64,000 bases of DNA. Source: Mobula hypostoma. Lineage: Eukaryota. The notes beneath the pieces are model-generated. The model worked only from the letters and a program-made list of their open reading frames with translations, did no database searches and had not been told where the DNA came from. The stretch lies in the NCBI RefSeq assembly GCF_963921235.1, contig NC_086108.1, forward strand, positions 74,462,001-74,526,000, read 5' to 3'. Below, piece after piece: positions 63,951 through 64,000 of this stretch (its first letter is position 1; each line of letters opens with the position of its first letter). Position numbers and translations under genes: made by a program.

Positions 63951-64000
63951 CATTAATTCATTTTGTTTTTAAACAGAATTTGTACTTAAGCTGTGTCTTA

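Noticed and set aside
1-64000. CRISPR arrays, tRNA genes, prokaryotic operons or defence systems
   Set aside because: Spliced vertebrate genes and vertebrate TEs throughout; no regularly spaced repeat-spacer array or tRNA cloverleaf was recognised.

Overview
Vertebrate genomic DNA, most likely a cartilaginous fish (inferred from the CR1/Penelope/L1/Rex-type repeat content), about 60-70% transposon-derived, with two assembly gaps (35919-36090, 55995-56123). There are two minus-strand host genes in the same order as in tetrapods. One is a complete AKR1A1 (8 coding exons, 44107 to 27840, 981 nt, 326 aa, catalytic tetrad intact, CpG-island promoter near 46.6-47.1 kb). The other is the 5' part of NASP (4 coding exons, 19083 to 7338, promoter with E2F/CHR/ETS motifs; the gene continues past the left edge). 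Notable non-genic structures: (1) an 11-kb nested retrotransposon stack at 52-63 kb, resolved by target-site duplications (TSDs), containing a 2-kb ORF1-only 'half-L1' with ORF2 almost entirely deleted and a twin-primed inverted L1; (2) a probable non-autonomous Helitron with 23-aa STPR-like repeats that hosts a Penelope element; (3) Penelope-derived minimal hammerhead-ribozyme motifs, several inside short fold-back elements, one with an intact core in sense orientation in an AKR1A1 intron; (4) a 5.8S rRNA + ITS2 fragment in an AKR1A1 intron; (5) a Tigger derivative with a ~225-nt internal hairpin. Repeat boundaries are approximate unless a TSD or terminal inverted repeat (TIR) is cited. All family assignments are from motif recognition by eye, not database searches.
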